Positions 1 through 13,795 of a stretch of DNA of 64,000 nucleotides are shown here, in pieces (within the stretch, counting starts at the first letter, position 1; each line of letters begins with the position of its first letter). This DNA comes from Hemiscyllium ocellatum. Its lineage: Eukaryota. Position numbers and translations under genes: made by a program. The stretch spans positions 1,860,001 through 1,924,000 of the forward strand of contig NW_026867509.1 of the NCBI RefSeq assembly GCF_020745735.1, in the 5' to 3' direction. The notes below the pieces were generated by a model that had not been told where the DNA came from, did not search any database, and saw nothing but the letters and a program-made list of their open reading frames with translations.

Positions 1-499
1 GGCAATGACTGGCTCATGCATCGTCTTTCAGAAGTTAAGGAAGTTCCCGAATCTGCAGTTACAGTTTCTGCGAATTTCAAATATTGCCTCATTTATTTTG
101 AGCAAGAGTCTCCAAAGGGACGATTCGTGAGCAACAAGCACTTTATCTACATTTCAATGAACAACCTAATTAACTGAAGTTTCCATATTTTCCATTTGCA
201 ACTTTTTGACAAACGACTGAATTGAACTCTGCCATTCCGCGTTGTCATTTACAATTAATTTGAAAGTTCCACTGATTGAATATGCTAAGTCGTGATTGTA
301 TCGATATTGGAGAACTGTGTCTTCCCTCATTGCCATTTCTCAAATATGATGTGAATTTGCTTGCCATATTAGTTTGCATATTATTTTGACTGTGGAATGT
401 TTTAATGTTTCATACTGTAATCGAACCAACTCCGCACCAAATTCCATAAGTTTGAATGACGGTATTTGAAAATGTTATTTATTTCTCATGGTTTCATGG

Positions 500-1375
500 A
501 AGGAATGACGGTGACATTAGAACTGAATGTCAGTTTTCTCGACTCAGCTCTGAACCTTTTCTTGATTACCAATTAGACACTATTGCAGGAACTGTGTACT
601 GGGAAGATATTCATCTTCTCTGACAGGATTTACTGCAGTCATTGAAATACAGACCACTTATGTGGAGTTCATCTGGAATATGTACGTATTGATCATTTCC
701 AGCATAACTGGTCCACTGAATGAGGAAGCTTAGAGAGATAGCGAAGTGCAGAATAAATAATAACTTGTGGTTGGACAGCTCCGGGTCTTTGTGGTTATCA
801 ATTCAGAACCACCTCCTTCGGGCTTGGATGACTGCAATGATATGTTTGACGATCACATCATTGTAGGACAGAATGAGGAGGAATGACAGAAATGGTGTAG
901 AGATGTGGTCCAATTGCGGTAGCCCTGCCAGGCACGTGACTTGTGAAAACTAGACCTGATACCAGATAATCAGGCATTATATTCAGGATGTTCAAGAGTC
1001 TGGAATTGAGTTAGAAATGGACTTTCTTCATGCTGCTCAGTTGACAAACTATTCATTTGGCTAGCAGTGCAGTTTTCATCGTGCAGTATCCGGTCTTCAG
1101 TTTCTGGCAGCAAATATCCACATAACGTTCAACAGTGAAGGCCACCATCAGGCACATAGAACAATCCAGAATTACAATTCCAAGAACATTATTGACCATA
1201 TACGCGGGAATGGTGAAAAAGGAAACTTGCAGGAACGTAGATGCCTTTAATTCTGTTGATAATGGCGACAGTGATGTTGACATGGAAATCAGTTACTGCA
1301 TCACCATCAGATAGCAGTTGTTGCATTAACATCGTGCCACAGATGAGTTCGCAATCATTAACAAGTTGGCTTGGA
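500..1375 (-). pseudogene. Class A GPCR pseudogene, GPR139-like (long coding exon remnant, frameshifted)
   Basis: Minus-strand frames give ANLLMI..., DCSMCLMVAFTVERYVDICCQKLKTGYCTMKTA (TM3/DRY-like region) and TPFLSFLLIL...DPE. These match my recollection of the expanded elasmobranch GPR139-like family. Multiple frameshifts and stops. Confidence 0.75.
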
Positions 1376-1831
1376 CAAAAAAGGGACATTACAGAGCTGA
1401 CATCAAACAGCAGATATTACCTCATCGAAATCTGATTGAAACCCTCCTGATATTTAACTTTCAAACGTCCCAATTCTAATCATTCCAAGGCTAACATCTA
1501 TGCCAGCATTCAATTGTGGATTAAACAATTGTGAATGAGTCACTTCAATCAGTCAATGACAAAAAAAACCTGCTCGTTGCCACTGTGTGAATTCTGAAGT
1601 TCCAACTATTGTGTGTCACCCAAACATAGACAAATTGTGGTCCATCCTATTTTCATCAAGGTCCATTCCGCAACAAACAGTTTGTGAAGTGAACTGCATT
1701 TACTTGTAACGTGATAATCTCTCAGTTTCAACAACCGCTTCTATCGAATTTCCAAATACCTGGATAGTCGTGACTGTCCTGACCCTGTTCATTTTTCAGT
1801 GATCACGAAGTTTGGCCAATCTACAATTGTA

Positions 1832-2180
1832 AAATTTTGACTAACCCTGAAATTAAATGTTCCATCTGTGCCCTTAGGAATCAAGATCTTGATCTCTGGA
1901 AATTCGTTCTTCGAGCGGTCAGAAATGTCTTCTTTTTTTAAGATGTTCTGGTAATTCTAGTTGGTTGACCAAACTTTATGCCAAATATGTCCTGACGTTT
2001 GATCTCGTTTGTTATCAGATATCTTGGCAATTCTGCTGGAAAGCATCTCCACAATTTGAATTCAGTGATCGAAGAAGGAGGTCGAACTTTACTTTCACGG
2101 ATGGAATGTAGAATTAAGCAATACACCGCGACTTTCTCGGAGACATCCGGAGTTATGAATTAAATACAGAAGTGAACGAT
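1832..2180 (-). pseudogene. Decayed TCR V-like relic with degenerate 23-RSS
   Basis: ORF 1938-2126 contains FR2-like LWRCFPAELPRYLI. Downstream on the minus strand is CACAGAT (1864-1870) + exactly 23 nt + TCAAAATTT (1832-1840). Confidence 0.4.
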
Positions 2181-3024
2181 TCGGTCGTTGAATCCTAATC
2201 CATTATTTTAGAAGAACAAAACTGATCTGTTTGTGTTTCAGATTCCTCATGTCTGTCGATCTGCAATAGCACTCAATTCCTTTGTCTGGCAAGAATCCTT
2301 TTGTCTCTGCCTTAAAATAATACTCAATTACCCGCATTCACGTACTTACATAGCAGATTTCCGAATTCGCATAACCATCTCAGGGAAAAGTAAACTCCTC
2401 TCGTGTATCCTACAAGAGATGTCGAATTTGGAAAAAAAAGGAACTATTCGTTCTGGGTTTGGACCCACGAGATACTGTTGTTAATGCGTCCAACTTGCCG
2501 AGAAAATTTGGGACCTTATACATTTCAATCATTTGATTTCTGGCTTTTCTGAACACTAGTCACTAATCTATAAGAAACACAACTACCCAATTGTAACAAA
2601 ACCGATGAGTCAACAAAAAAGATAATGCAATACAGATTAAATACCGTATATACTCATTTGAATCTTTCAAACTTTACAGCAATTATTTGGTACGATCAAA
2701 TGAATAATACGTACAATTCACTGGAGACTAACTATGCTGCAGTTACCAAAACGGACATTCCTGTAATGAATGATTTTCTCTTTCATTTTATAAAATAATT
2801 ACGTTTAAAATATGAACCTTCCGAATTAGTTCTTCAGCATTATCATAAAGACAGTACAAGAAATTAGCCGTAGTAAATTATGATAAGCTATAATTCAACA
2901 CAACACAAAGTGAAGCAGTTTGTGTCTTGCTACATTATAAGAAAATTGAAATTCGAACAACGTAAGAATGACATTTTTTCAACACCATGTATTATATTCA
3001 TACTTCATAGAATGAGAGAGTTGT

Positions 3025-3480
3025 AAAGTCATAGAGTCATAAAGCAAGGAAACAGTCCCTTTGACCAGTCTATGCCGAACATAATTTCAAAATGGCCTAC
3101 TTTCACGTGCCTGTACCTTGTCATTATCTCATGGAGCATTTCCTATTCATGTAATAATCCAAAAGACGTCCAAACGTTGTATTTGTACCTCCATCGAAAA
3201 CTTCATTTGGAAGTTCACCCCACGCATGATTCACCCTCTGTGTGAATGATTTGCCTCTTGTCTATTTTTAAACTGTCCTCCTTTCACCTTAAAAATAGGC
3301 CCTTTCATCTTCAAATCGCCCATCCGAGAGAAAAGACAACTACCATTTACTGTATCAATTTCTTTCATGTTTTAAAAATAAACTTCTATTTGATCGCCTT
3401 TTCAGCTCCTATGCACCATTGAAAAATATCCCAACATATCCAGCCTTTCTTTATTATTCAAACCTTCTGTATGCGTCAAC
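3025..3480 (-). mobile_element. CR1/HER1 LINE 3' fragment
   Basis: Typical shark CR1 3' tail (catagagtcat...) and degenerate RT C-terminus. Confidence 0.7.
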
Positions 3481-4469
3481 ATCATGTCAAATATCTTCTG
3501 AACACTCTCAAGCCTGATAGTATTCTGCATATATCTGTGGTAAGATTTAACTGTACAGGGTCACAAGCCGAAGATTATCTTGTAACGCTTCAAAAAATGA
3601 TATCCAACGCAAAGATCTGTAATTTATCATTCCAAATTGTTACACTTTGGAACAGTCACATGTAGATTTGAGTTGGCTTTGCCATATACACAGACACGTT
3701 CAACATATGTAAAATGAACAAATATCTGTGAGGTGGCAAAGTGTATGGATTAGGACAGTACAGTTGATTGATTTCAGCCAAGTATTTGAAGGTCACACAC
3801 GTGAGACTGATATAGAAGGTAAAGGCATATATGACCCTGGGTAGCTAGGTAAGTTGGAGAAAACATTGGTTTAAAGGTAGAGGACGGGTAGCAGTATGCT
3901 GTTTGTGTGACTCGACGCCTGTGTTCAGAGGCAAAAATCAGAGCCAGGATCTGCTGTTTGTAATATATATGCAAACCGACTTGAAGAAAATTTGTAGGGG
4001 CATGCGTCGGGGAGCTCGATGGATGATTATAAATTTGACCCTTTTAAAAATCCATTCGATTAGAAGTGGAAAATCATAACATTCAAAGCTTTGAGTCGAA
4101 TGTTGGAAAGTGGGTCTCTAGCAGGTTTCGTGCAGCTTTTTTGTTATGACTTGTGTTATGCGCCAACAGACAAATTCCATAGTCCAAGATTATTTGATCT
4201 TTTCCTCTAATTTGATACGAACATGTATTGAGAAATGATGGCAATGAAAATCGAATAACTGATCTCGACCAGAGGGGTCAGTTTAAGTACAAGTTGTATT
4301 CGATTGTCCGTCATCTAAATAGCTTACCCTGCATTAATAGTGTCCAGTTCCCGATCCTAAAAGGGATTAGTCACATCCCACATCGATTCACTGAAAACTA
4401 TCCCAGAAAAATATTACTATCAGAAATCGTCAGCACTTATGAAACTCAAGACTTTAACAGCGACATCTC

Positions 4470-4965
4470 AGTTTTATAGACAATAGACAATAGAGAATAG
4501 GTGCTGGAGTAGGCCATTCTGCCCTTTGAGCCCGTACCGCCATTCATTGTTATCATGGCTGATCATCCTCAATCGGTTTCCTGTTCCTGCCTTATTCCCA
4601 TAACCCTTGATTCCACTCTCCTTAAGAGTTCTATCCAATTCTTTCTTGAATGTATCCAGAGACTTGACCTCCACAGCCTTCTGGGGCAGAGCATTCCACA
4701 AACCCACCACTCTCTGGGTTAAGAAGTTTCTCCTCAACTCTGTTCTAAATGGCTTACCCCTTTTTTAACTGTGTCTTCTGGTTCGGGACTCACCTATCAG
4801 CGGAAACATGCTTCCTGCCTCCAGTGTGTTCAATCCTTTAATAATCTTATACGTCTCAATCAGATCCCCTCTCAGCCTTCTAAACTCAAGGGTATAAAAG
4901 CCCAGACGCTCCAATCTTTTAATGTAAGATAGTCCTGTCTTTCCGGGAATTGACCTCGGGACCTC
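4470..4965 (-). mobile_element. CR1 LINE 3' fragment
   Basis: ORF 4474-4737 RRNFLTQRVVGLWNALPQKAVE...YGNKAG is the CR1 ORF2 C-terminus; (gacaata)n tail. Confidence 0.9.
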
Positions 4966-5506
4966 GTAAATGGGCCTGTCGAGGTTGCGGTGAGAAGGAA
5001 AAGTGTGACTTGTTTAGGGCGATGGATTCAGGATATTCAATGCTTTCTGTGATAATTTGCTGAAGCAGTTTTGGTATTGCGAAGGCCGAATTGCATCACT
5101 GTTTGGTCTATTAAAATAATAGGTGGTGGTATCATCAACTGTGTCTTGAATTTCCAGCAAAAACGTTATTTCTGCTTCAAACCTCCCTCTTGTGAAGATC
5201 CACTCCCTATTTGTTGCCGTCGTGCCTTGTGTGAAAAAGTCCTCCTTTTGTAAAGAAACAATCCATGACCTACCAGAGGAAACTTTGATGATGGGAGAAT
5301 CGGGCTAATTTCTGGTCACCACTTCCAGAATCTGTACCACTCGTTGACAGAAAGTTGCTAGAAATTAAGTAGAGAGATTTTAATGGGGTTTAATACCGAG
5401 GCAAACAGAGAGGTTTTTTTTTCTCTTTCAAGTGACCCAGAGAGTTCCTTTGGTAAAAGATAACAATGCCAGGTTGTTTAATCGGTACTGACAAGGTAAC
5501 CAGCTC

Positions 5507-5524
5507 GAGAGAGAGAGAGAGAGA
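5507..5524. repeat. (GA)9 microsatellite
   Basis: Read directly from the sequence. Confidence 0.9.
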
Positions 5525-5550
5525 AGAAACATTAGTCTCATCATGCTACT

Positions 5551-7025
5551 TCCAGCTTCTGGTCGAAGGTTCCCTCCTTTTCTCATAATCTTACACGTTG
5601 ACTCTCTTTCGTGTCACCCAATACACTTTTCAATGTCTAAGTATTCTTAAGGGCGACAGAATTCTATGCAGTGCAGTGCAGCAGAATTCTGAGCAGTGAA
5701 GTCCAAAAGCTGTAAGAACCTTCGACCAGAAGCTGGAGGCTGCAGTGGGAGACGACTGAAATGCAACAGCAAGCTCAAGTTGATTTGCAGGCGGCACTGT
5801 CCTTGTGTTAATATGAAAACCCCTTCCCACATTACTCTGACGTTCAAAGGGTGGCGTTTTGAGTTTATAGTGTGAATACAGACGGCCTCTGTACATGTCC
5901 ACAGAGGATAAGCTAGGAGGTCAGCCGTGTGGTTTCATTGATGATGTTCTGTGAGTATGAAATGCTGGTCCAGAGCACTGGATCGTCCACATCTTGGAAA
6001 GTCTTAGTTGTTCTTCTTCCAGTACTGCCCCTGAGATATTTACATGCCCCTGAACTGAGAATATGATTTCCGTTCAACCTCTATCCGGGACGTTATCGCC
6101 TCAGAATTGGTCAATTAGAATCAATCCAAACTGATAATCATGTTCAAATTTGAGATAGCCTAGAAGCACTGTCAAAATCCTGGAATATAATGCATATACA
6201 CAATTTCGACTCTTAAATGCTTCGTTTGACCTTACTGGTTTCAAGTCAGAGTTGGCATCTCCAATTAGCACCACTATTTGAAAAATAAGATTGTTTAATC
6301 TGATTCAGCCATGATACCAACTACTCCCAATAACCATTCGTGCTCTTTCAACACACACGAAAAAAATCACGTATCAGTCTGGATCTGACTTTAAAAGCAT
6401 TCAAATCTCTGGAATACCAGTTCTTGAGAAAATACTCATTGCTATCTGTGAGATTACAAATGTTCACAATATCTGTCTTATTTGATTGATTTCTCATCAT
6501 TGAACTTGGATTCTGCTTTCATGGTTGTCTGCTAATGGAAATATGCTTTCCAGAGACACCCTGTTAAACATTTCAAGGGCTAATCTGTGTCGGTGAAGTG
6601 GCTTCTGGATTTTTTTTCCTGACAATTCTGTCTTCACGGGCAACCCGGTCTTTTAGGTATCAGTTTCCTAACGAACTTGCATCTTTCCTTTAACAATGAC
6701 ATCAATATGTTATACCAAACTCTGGATGTGATCTCAGTAAGTTCCTAACTAATCCAACGGTAACTGCACTAAATTATGTTGATAGTGGAAGAGGGGAAAC
6801 TGATCCCACTGGTAAAGATTCATGAAGCAGAGATATCAGATTTAAAATGTCTTGCAAAATACACAAGTATGAGGACAGAAGTCCGATTTTGGACTTCACT
6901 GCTCAGAATTCTGCTGCACTGCACTGCGTAGAATTCTGTCGCCCTTAAGTATGCTTAGACATTGAAAAGTGTATTGGGTGACATGAAAGAGAGTCAACGT
7001 GTAAGATTATGAGAAAAAGAGGGAA
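5551..7025. repeat. Nested inverted repeats: perfect 22-bp IR (5551-5572 / 5716-5737) and ~139-bp IR (5570-5708 / 6887-7025)
   Basis: Base-by-base reverse-complement comparison; about 5 mismatches in the 139-bp pair. Confidence 0.9.
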
Positions 7026-7989
7026 ATTGGCAGTCAGTCAAAATTCCCACAACGTTGGCCATGCTGAATTGCCCAAAGAGTTCAGGGATGTGTAGGTTAG
7101 GTGCATTGCTAAGGGAGAGGACTAGGGTCGAGGAATGGGTCTGGGTGGGTTACTCTTCAGAGGGTCAGTTTGGACGTGTTGGGCTGAAGATTGCTTCCGC
7201 AATGTGGAGTTTCTATGATAATAATTAATTTGCAAACTTCTTGAGATATTATATCAGGTCCATTGTGCTATTAAAACAGGATTCAGTGACGGCATTAATC
7301 GATAATGCGAATTCTGGAATAATGTTATAGTTATAATATATAGAATTCCAAAAGGATGGCCTGCCCCCATTATTAGATGTTAAGAAATAACTGTGGTTAC
7401 TCGTTTTGGAGTTGAGTGCAATTGAAAAATAATGTTTAATTACTCTGCATTTGCTGCTATGTTTTCTACATGTATCTTTTATGCTGGATAGATACATTTT
7501 TGTTCATTCATGAAATTTGGCTGATGCTAACAACGTTTACTGACCACCCGTACTTTTTTTAAAATTAAGTAGATGGTTTTGCATATTTTATATTACAATA
7601 TGAAAAATAACTGCAGTGGTCTGCTTCACTGGACCGGAGAATAACAAATTTGACACTGGAAGATAAAATTTGGAAGTGGGAATCATAAGAAAACATCAAA
7701 ATAAATACTTATGTTCTGTGAAGCATTGTAAGGAAGAAAGGAGTAAATAACATCTGAGGATGGAATTGCAGAGCTCAGGTTCCGAGGTTACTGTAAAAAC
7801 GATAGTTGATGAAGATCCTTATATCAGAGAGAGTGTAAAACTGGAAGTACGCTGAGATGCAAATCAGGAGAGAAAAACAAGGACGAATTCCATTCAATCC
7901 ACAATCCCATAATCTTCCAAACTGCTGACTTGAGGAAACTGAAAGAAATAAAGGTCAATTAAACTGTTTTCTCAAAGATCCATTATATA

Positions 7990-8610
7990 CTCAGAACTGT
8001 GTAATAGGATAGTTTAGAATACACTTATTATCAGAAAGAGCATATTCCATAACATTGGGGAGGAGAGTTTGCAGCTCACAGGACTTTGGTTTGCATGGGC
8101 AATTCGGGTCAGAGCGCTCTGGAAAGGATTTGAACCTGTTGGAGAGGTTGTGGAGGAGATTCACAAGGATGTTGTCTCGGATGGAGTACGTCAGCTTTTC
8201 TGAGGGGTTGGGGAAGTTCAGGCTGTTTTCTTTGAAACAGAGAAGGTTGAGTATGGTCTTTTTAGATGTATCGGGGATTATGACGGGCAGGGAGAGAGTG
8301 GATTGAAAACAACTGTTCACCTCAATTGAACAGTCGTGAACATGGGGTTATAATTTTAAGTTGAAAGACAAGAGGTTTACAGGGAAGTTGAGGAAAACAT
8401 TTTTTAATCCAAAGGGTGACAGAGATATGGAATTCACTTCCAGGAAGGCTAGTTCAGTTGGGTAATCTCACAAATGTGAAGCGAAAATGTTTGTATTTAA
8501 ACCTGAACAACATTCAAAATATGCACCTCGTGCCACGAAGTGGGAGTTGTACTCATTTAGTATACTTTAGGTCGTACACATTAGATGGGCTGAACGGCCT
8601 GATTAAACTT
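7990..8610 (+). mobile_element. CR1 LINE 3' fragment
   Basis: Frames encode LERLWRRFTRMLSRMEYVS...LGKFRLFSLKQRRL and TEIWNSLPG, the CR1 ORF2 end. Confidence 0.85.
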
Positions 8611-8918
8611 CTATGATGTTATGAAGCATGACATCCAGAAACAAATAAAGGTACTGGATGTTGCAAGACTTTTGGTTCCAGGAATATTCGGATGGTAGCA
8701 ACGACAAATCTGAAAAATCAGCTTCATGAGGAAAAATGTTGCCATGCAGCCACAACATTTAGTCAGATTTATTAGATAACGTGTAAAAGTCTCTGATTCG
8801 TCCTCCACACAAAAAAAACAGATTCAAAGTAACAAGTTAACACCACCTCTGTCCACACATCACCAGCGAAGTAATAGGAGAGATTGTTTGCAATGCAGTA
8901 AACTATTACCTGCAAGGT

Positions 8919-9624
8919 AATATAAAGACTTTCCATGGTTCATCTTGGAGATAGTGCACACCACTGCATTTGTACATTGGCATTCCATACCTCATAATAT
9001 TTGAAATCAGATGTTCGCTGATGATTGCATAATGTTCAACGCCATTCTTAACTACTCAGGTGCAGAAGCAATGATGTACTGATTGGTTCGACTGGTGGCC
9101 GTAGCTTCTGACTTCACCATTGCATTGGTCCAAGCATAGAAAAATGATGTAAAACAGGGTTGTTTTGGAAGAGGCTGCTTTTCATACCAAGGCAGATTTC
9201 AATTGATATTTGAATGAACAATCCGAAACACATCAGGACACAATATGACTCAAGGCAAATTCTCTGTTGGTTTGAGTCAGAACTGGCTCAAAGGAGCACG
9301 CTTGTAATTGTTCGAGCTTCAGCATCTCAGGGCACAGTTGGAGTTGGTTCTTAACGTAGTGGCCTTTGTTTAACTATCTTCAGCTGCTTCATCATTGACA
9401 TTCCATACATCTCCAACCTTTGCAGTCGTACGTAGTAGAGTTCGCTGGATTGGAAACTCCTGTTGAGGAAAATATAAAGACTTTCCACGGTTCATCTTGG
9501 AGATAGTGCACACCACTGCATTTATATATTGACAATCCATATCTCATAATATTTGAAATCGATGTTCGCTGATGATTGCATAATGTTCAACACTATTCAC
9601 AACTACTCAGGTGCAGAAGCAATG
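8919..9624 (+). repeat. ~155-bp direct repeat (8919-9073 and 9471-9624) of a LINE RT fragment
   Basis: Both copies contain atgttcgctgatgattgcataatg (MFADDCIM, the RT YADD-type motif). Confidence 0.8.
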
Positions 9625-9982
9625 TAGCAAGACCAGAACAATATTCAGACATTTGCTGGAAAGTGCTCACTGATATTTATGTCGCACAAGTGCACACAAT
9701 GATCATTTCGAAGAGGAGAAAATATAAACATGACATCCAATCTTCAAGCTTTACCAATTACAAAATCCCCATATCAAATCCTGGAAAATAATTTTGACTA
9801 GGCACATAATTTGTCTTGAATAATATGACCACGGATCATATCTCAAGCTCGCAATTCTTTGAAGGATAATGCATCATCATTCTCACGCCCAGGGCGGCTT
9901 GAGTCAGGAGTGGGATAAAACGCGATTCAATTGTCTACACACGTTTAGCTCCAGGAATACTTCAGAAGACAAATACAATAGT

Positions 9983-10296
9983 GGGCGGCATGGTGGTACA
10001 GTGGTTAGCACTGCTGCCTCACAGCGCCTGAGACCCGGGTTCAATTCCCGCCTCAGGCGACTGTCTGTGTGGAGTTTGCACGTTCTCCCTGTGTCTGCGT
10101 GGGTTTCCGCTGGGTGTTCCGGTTTCCTCCCACACTCCAAAGATGTGCGGGTCAGGTGAATTGGCCATGCTAAATTGCCCGTAGTGTTAGGTAAGGGGTA
10201 AATGTAGGGGCATGGGTGGGTTGCGCTTCGGCGGGTCGGTGTGGACTTGTAGGGCCAAAGGGCCTGTTTCCGTACTGTAAGTAATCTAATCTAATC
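9983..10296 (+). mobile_element. HE1/V-SINE-type tRNA-derived SINE, full length
   Basis: A-box tggtacagtggtt, B-box gggttcaattcc, V-domain gtgtggagtttgcacgttctccc, CR1-like tail ending (aatct)n. Confidence 0.9.
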
Positions 10297-11689
10297 CAAA
10301 CGAAAGAAGACCACTTCGTCGGCGTCGAATCTGCCATCATCAACGTTTGAGTTCCTTCGCCACTGATGTACAAATGCAGTGGTGTGCACAATCTCCAAGA
10401 TGAACGGTGGAAAGTCTTTATATTTCCCCCATCAGGAGTTTCCGATCCAGCAAAAGTTGCAGATGTTTGGAAATTTCACCACCTACAAATTCCTCTCCAC
10501 GTTTCACCCATCCAGACATAAAACTACGTTATAAGCCTTTGCTGACAAAAGTTCAGAAACTATTGTGCTTCCCTCAGACATCTGACAGAACAGGATCAGT
10601 TGGAACATCACTTCTCGGGAAAACATGAAAGAGAGGGTGCAGCAATCTCACGTATTTCTAGAAATGGGAGAGAATCATTCCTGCGGTTGCCGCCATTTTT
10701 CAACAGCACGCTGAATTTGAAACCAAATTTAAAAAAAATGTCACGAGAAAATTGCAATTGGAGAAAGAGCAGAGGATTGGGAGACAAGAGGGCAGCAGCA
10801 CAAGTTTTCACATTTTCTGAGGAGACAACTAATAGAATACATAACAGAAAGATAGTGCAGCTGGTGTATTTGCATTTTAAGAAAACTTAAGATATAAAGA
10901 CACCTAAGCTATTCGTATTCAGGATTAGAATGTAAGATCAGTGATCATATTCTGGCAAGGTTTGAGAATTGGTTGCAACAAGAAACAACTTGCGCTTGGA
11001 ATGAAAGGCTGTGATGAGTCAGTTGTCACAGGGGTCAACACTTGAGCGCGATTACCCTTCACTCTTAAAAGAACATACTGATCTGGACTAATTAAACATT
11101 TTTTAGAAGTTCTCCCACTTTCCAAATGTAGACTTGCCTCCATGTAGCTGATTCCAGTCTATGTTTGTCAGGTCCTGTCTCGTGATATGGGCCTTGGCTT
11201 TCCAACAATTTCCTTGCTTAACTTCTGCACAAATATTATGCCTTTTCACAATGACTTTAAATATTTCAGTGTTGTGCGCACTGTCCCCATAAATATTGCA
11301 CACTGGCACCTAAATCACTTGCTAGCGTTGCCCATCAGCTGAGTATGAACAACAGCCTTTTAAATTTCAGATAGATTACAAAACAACGTGAGATTTAACA
11401 ATTTCAACATGATTTTGGCCTGCTTTACTTTCCTCTTTCTTCGACCACCACAGTATGTACGGGAAGTGGCTTTAGAAATCATATCCTAGGATTATCTCAC
11501 ATTTCCACATTGGTATTCATATTCTTCTTGATACGTTAAATTCGTTTCTCCTGTTATATTAGTTGTTGTCCAATTCCAAATTTTATTATCCGATGTCATT
11601 CGTTGAAAGAATAGACTCCTTTTCGTGATGATGTTTCTTTCCATAAAAGTGCAATTCATTTATAACGTTTGTAAAAGTGCGATTCAACC

Positions 11690-13060
11690 ATTTAGAGTCA
11701 TAGAATCGTAGCGGACACAGGCCCTTTGGCCCAAACCGTTCCATGCCGACTATAATGTCTGTCACCACTAGCTCCATTTCCCTGCACTTGGCCCATATAT
11801 TTCTAACAATTTCCTGCCTATGTATTGTCCAAATAGGTTTAAAATGTTGTCACGTCCACGCATTGAGCACTTGCACTGGTTGCTCAGTCCATCTGCGTTT
11901 CAATCTGTGTAAAATAGTTGTCACTCAGGTTCTCTTTTTATTCGTTCCCCTCTAACCTTAAACTGATGACCTCTAGAACTCGATTCCCTAACCATGGGAA
12001 AAACGCTGAGTGCGTTCACCCTATCTATGCCTTTCATGATCTGGTACACTCTGCAAATCACCCTCAGTCTCATGCACTCTAATGAAAAATATCCTAGCTT
12101 ATCCAAACTCTCCCTATAACTCAGACCGTTGATTCTTGGCAATATCCTTCTAAATTTATCCTGCACTTTTTTCAGTTTAATAAGATGCTTCCTCTAACAA
12201 GTTGACCGAAACTGAACATCATACTTCCAATGCATCGTCACCAACGTCCAGTAAGACTGCAGCATACCTTTCCAGTTTCTCTACTCAGCACACTGACTGA
12301 TGAAGATGAGTGTGCCCATAGCCTTCTTCACCGCCCCTCTACCTGTGATGCCACTTTAAGAAAACGGTGTACTTGAACTACAAGATCCCTCTGTTCTGCT
12401 ACTCGGTAAGGCACTTCATTCATCGTGAAAATTCTACCTTGACATGGCTTTCCAAATTGCAGGACCTCACACTTATCTATGTCCACTTGCCATTTCTCGG
12501 CTAGGTTGTCCAGCTGATCAAGGTCGTGCTGCAATTGCTGATACACTTGTTCACTACCTACAATAGCTCCTCATTTAGTGCCCTCTGAAAACTGGCTAAT
12601 AATCCCATATGCATTTTCATCCAAATCTTTGATACAAATAACAAACAGCAATGGATCCAGCGCTGAACTCTAAGGTATTCCATTTGTCACGGGTCTCCAA
12701 TCCAACTCGCATCCTTCCAACATTACGCTTTGCTTCCTACAATCAAGCCAATTGTGTACACTATTTTGCAGCTCCTTCAACTTTCCATGCATAGGAACCT
12801 TCCAGAACAGCCTACGAAGAACAACATTATCAGAGGCTTTACTCCCACGCAAAAAGCCATGCTGACTATTCATAATCAATCCCTGCCTTTCTAAATGCAG
12901 TATTATCTTACTTCTCAGGATCTTACAAAGCACAGAATGTACAACAAAATTCAATTTGTCAGCTCGCAATATGTTGCACGATATTCGGCCTAAAACAATT
13001 ACAATATGCTTAACACATTTATTCACGTGATGATAATCAAACCAAGCCATTTTTGACACA
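11690..13060 (-). mobile_element. CR1 LINE, 5'-truncated and degenerate
   Basis: ORFs 11921-12166, 12328-12546 and 12670-13059 are CR1 RT pieces (QHGFLRG, WRPVTNGIP, LAEKWQ). Confidence 0.9.
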
Positions 13061-13301
13061 AGTCATTTCACATTTGCACAGGTGCTCTGCACTGCGCATA
13101 TGGAATTGTTGTTTTATTGGTCGGCTGCATCGGTGTGAGGGCTTCTGGGCTCAAAATTCATAGTTAGATAGATAATGCTTTTTCCTGTTGTGTGCAGAAA
13201 CAGTTTATTTATGCATTGCTATTATTATCTTTCTTGATTATTGATTTTCTTGATCATTGATCCTGTTTTTGAGCTAATGCCTCTCATACAGACACACTTC
13301 C

Positions 13302-13795
13302 AATATCAGTTCAACGGGTAATTGTTGGACAGGCACTTTTCCTTCAAGACAAGGCTGCATTTGCGTTGATTGACTTTGCATTCTGCTGCAGACATTTTTT
13401 TTCGTTAATACCCAAATGCCTTAGTTCCATATTCAATTGATGAACTCGATCAATAATGATATTGCCCGTCTCCACATCGCTTCCAGTACTTTGAAATATG
13501 AACTATAGAGGCAGCCTGGGACTCCAACTGTAACAGAGTTAGAAGTGCCAGAATCACATGTTTTCCAATTGTAGATCAGTGTGACATTCTTTACATCATC
13601 ATTTTATTGATGTTTCGCTGGGTCATGTTGACTCCATTTGAACAAACAGGTTTTAAAATGACAATCAACCTGATCGTCAGCATTTCTGATATTCACTGAA
13701 GAATGATATTTTTATTCAAATAGCCAGCTTTACCTGAGAAGATATTTACTGAGAATGGGTTCAATGTCGTGGAAAGGTATGAGTCATTTCCCCAT
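13302..13795 (-). pseudogene. TCR V pseudogene, paralog of the V at 48.9-49.4 kb
   Basis: 46-nt leader exon 13795-13750 (ATG GGG AAA TGA ... ATT CTC A|gt) with a stop. V exon from ~13638 reads WSQHD...NVTLIYNWKTCDSG versus WSQQD...NVTLTCSLKTSDT in the intact paralog. Acceptor and Cys23 are lost; the 3' end is approximate. Confidence 0.65.

Noticed and set aside
1561-1588. CACAGTG on the minus strand as a 12-RSS of a D or J segment
   Set aside because: The position 12 nt away is a T-run, not an A-rich nonamer, and no J motif (FGxG) is adjacent
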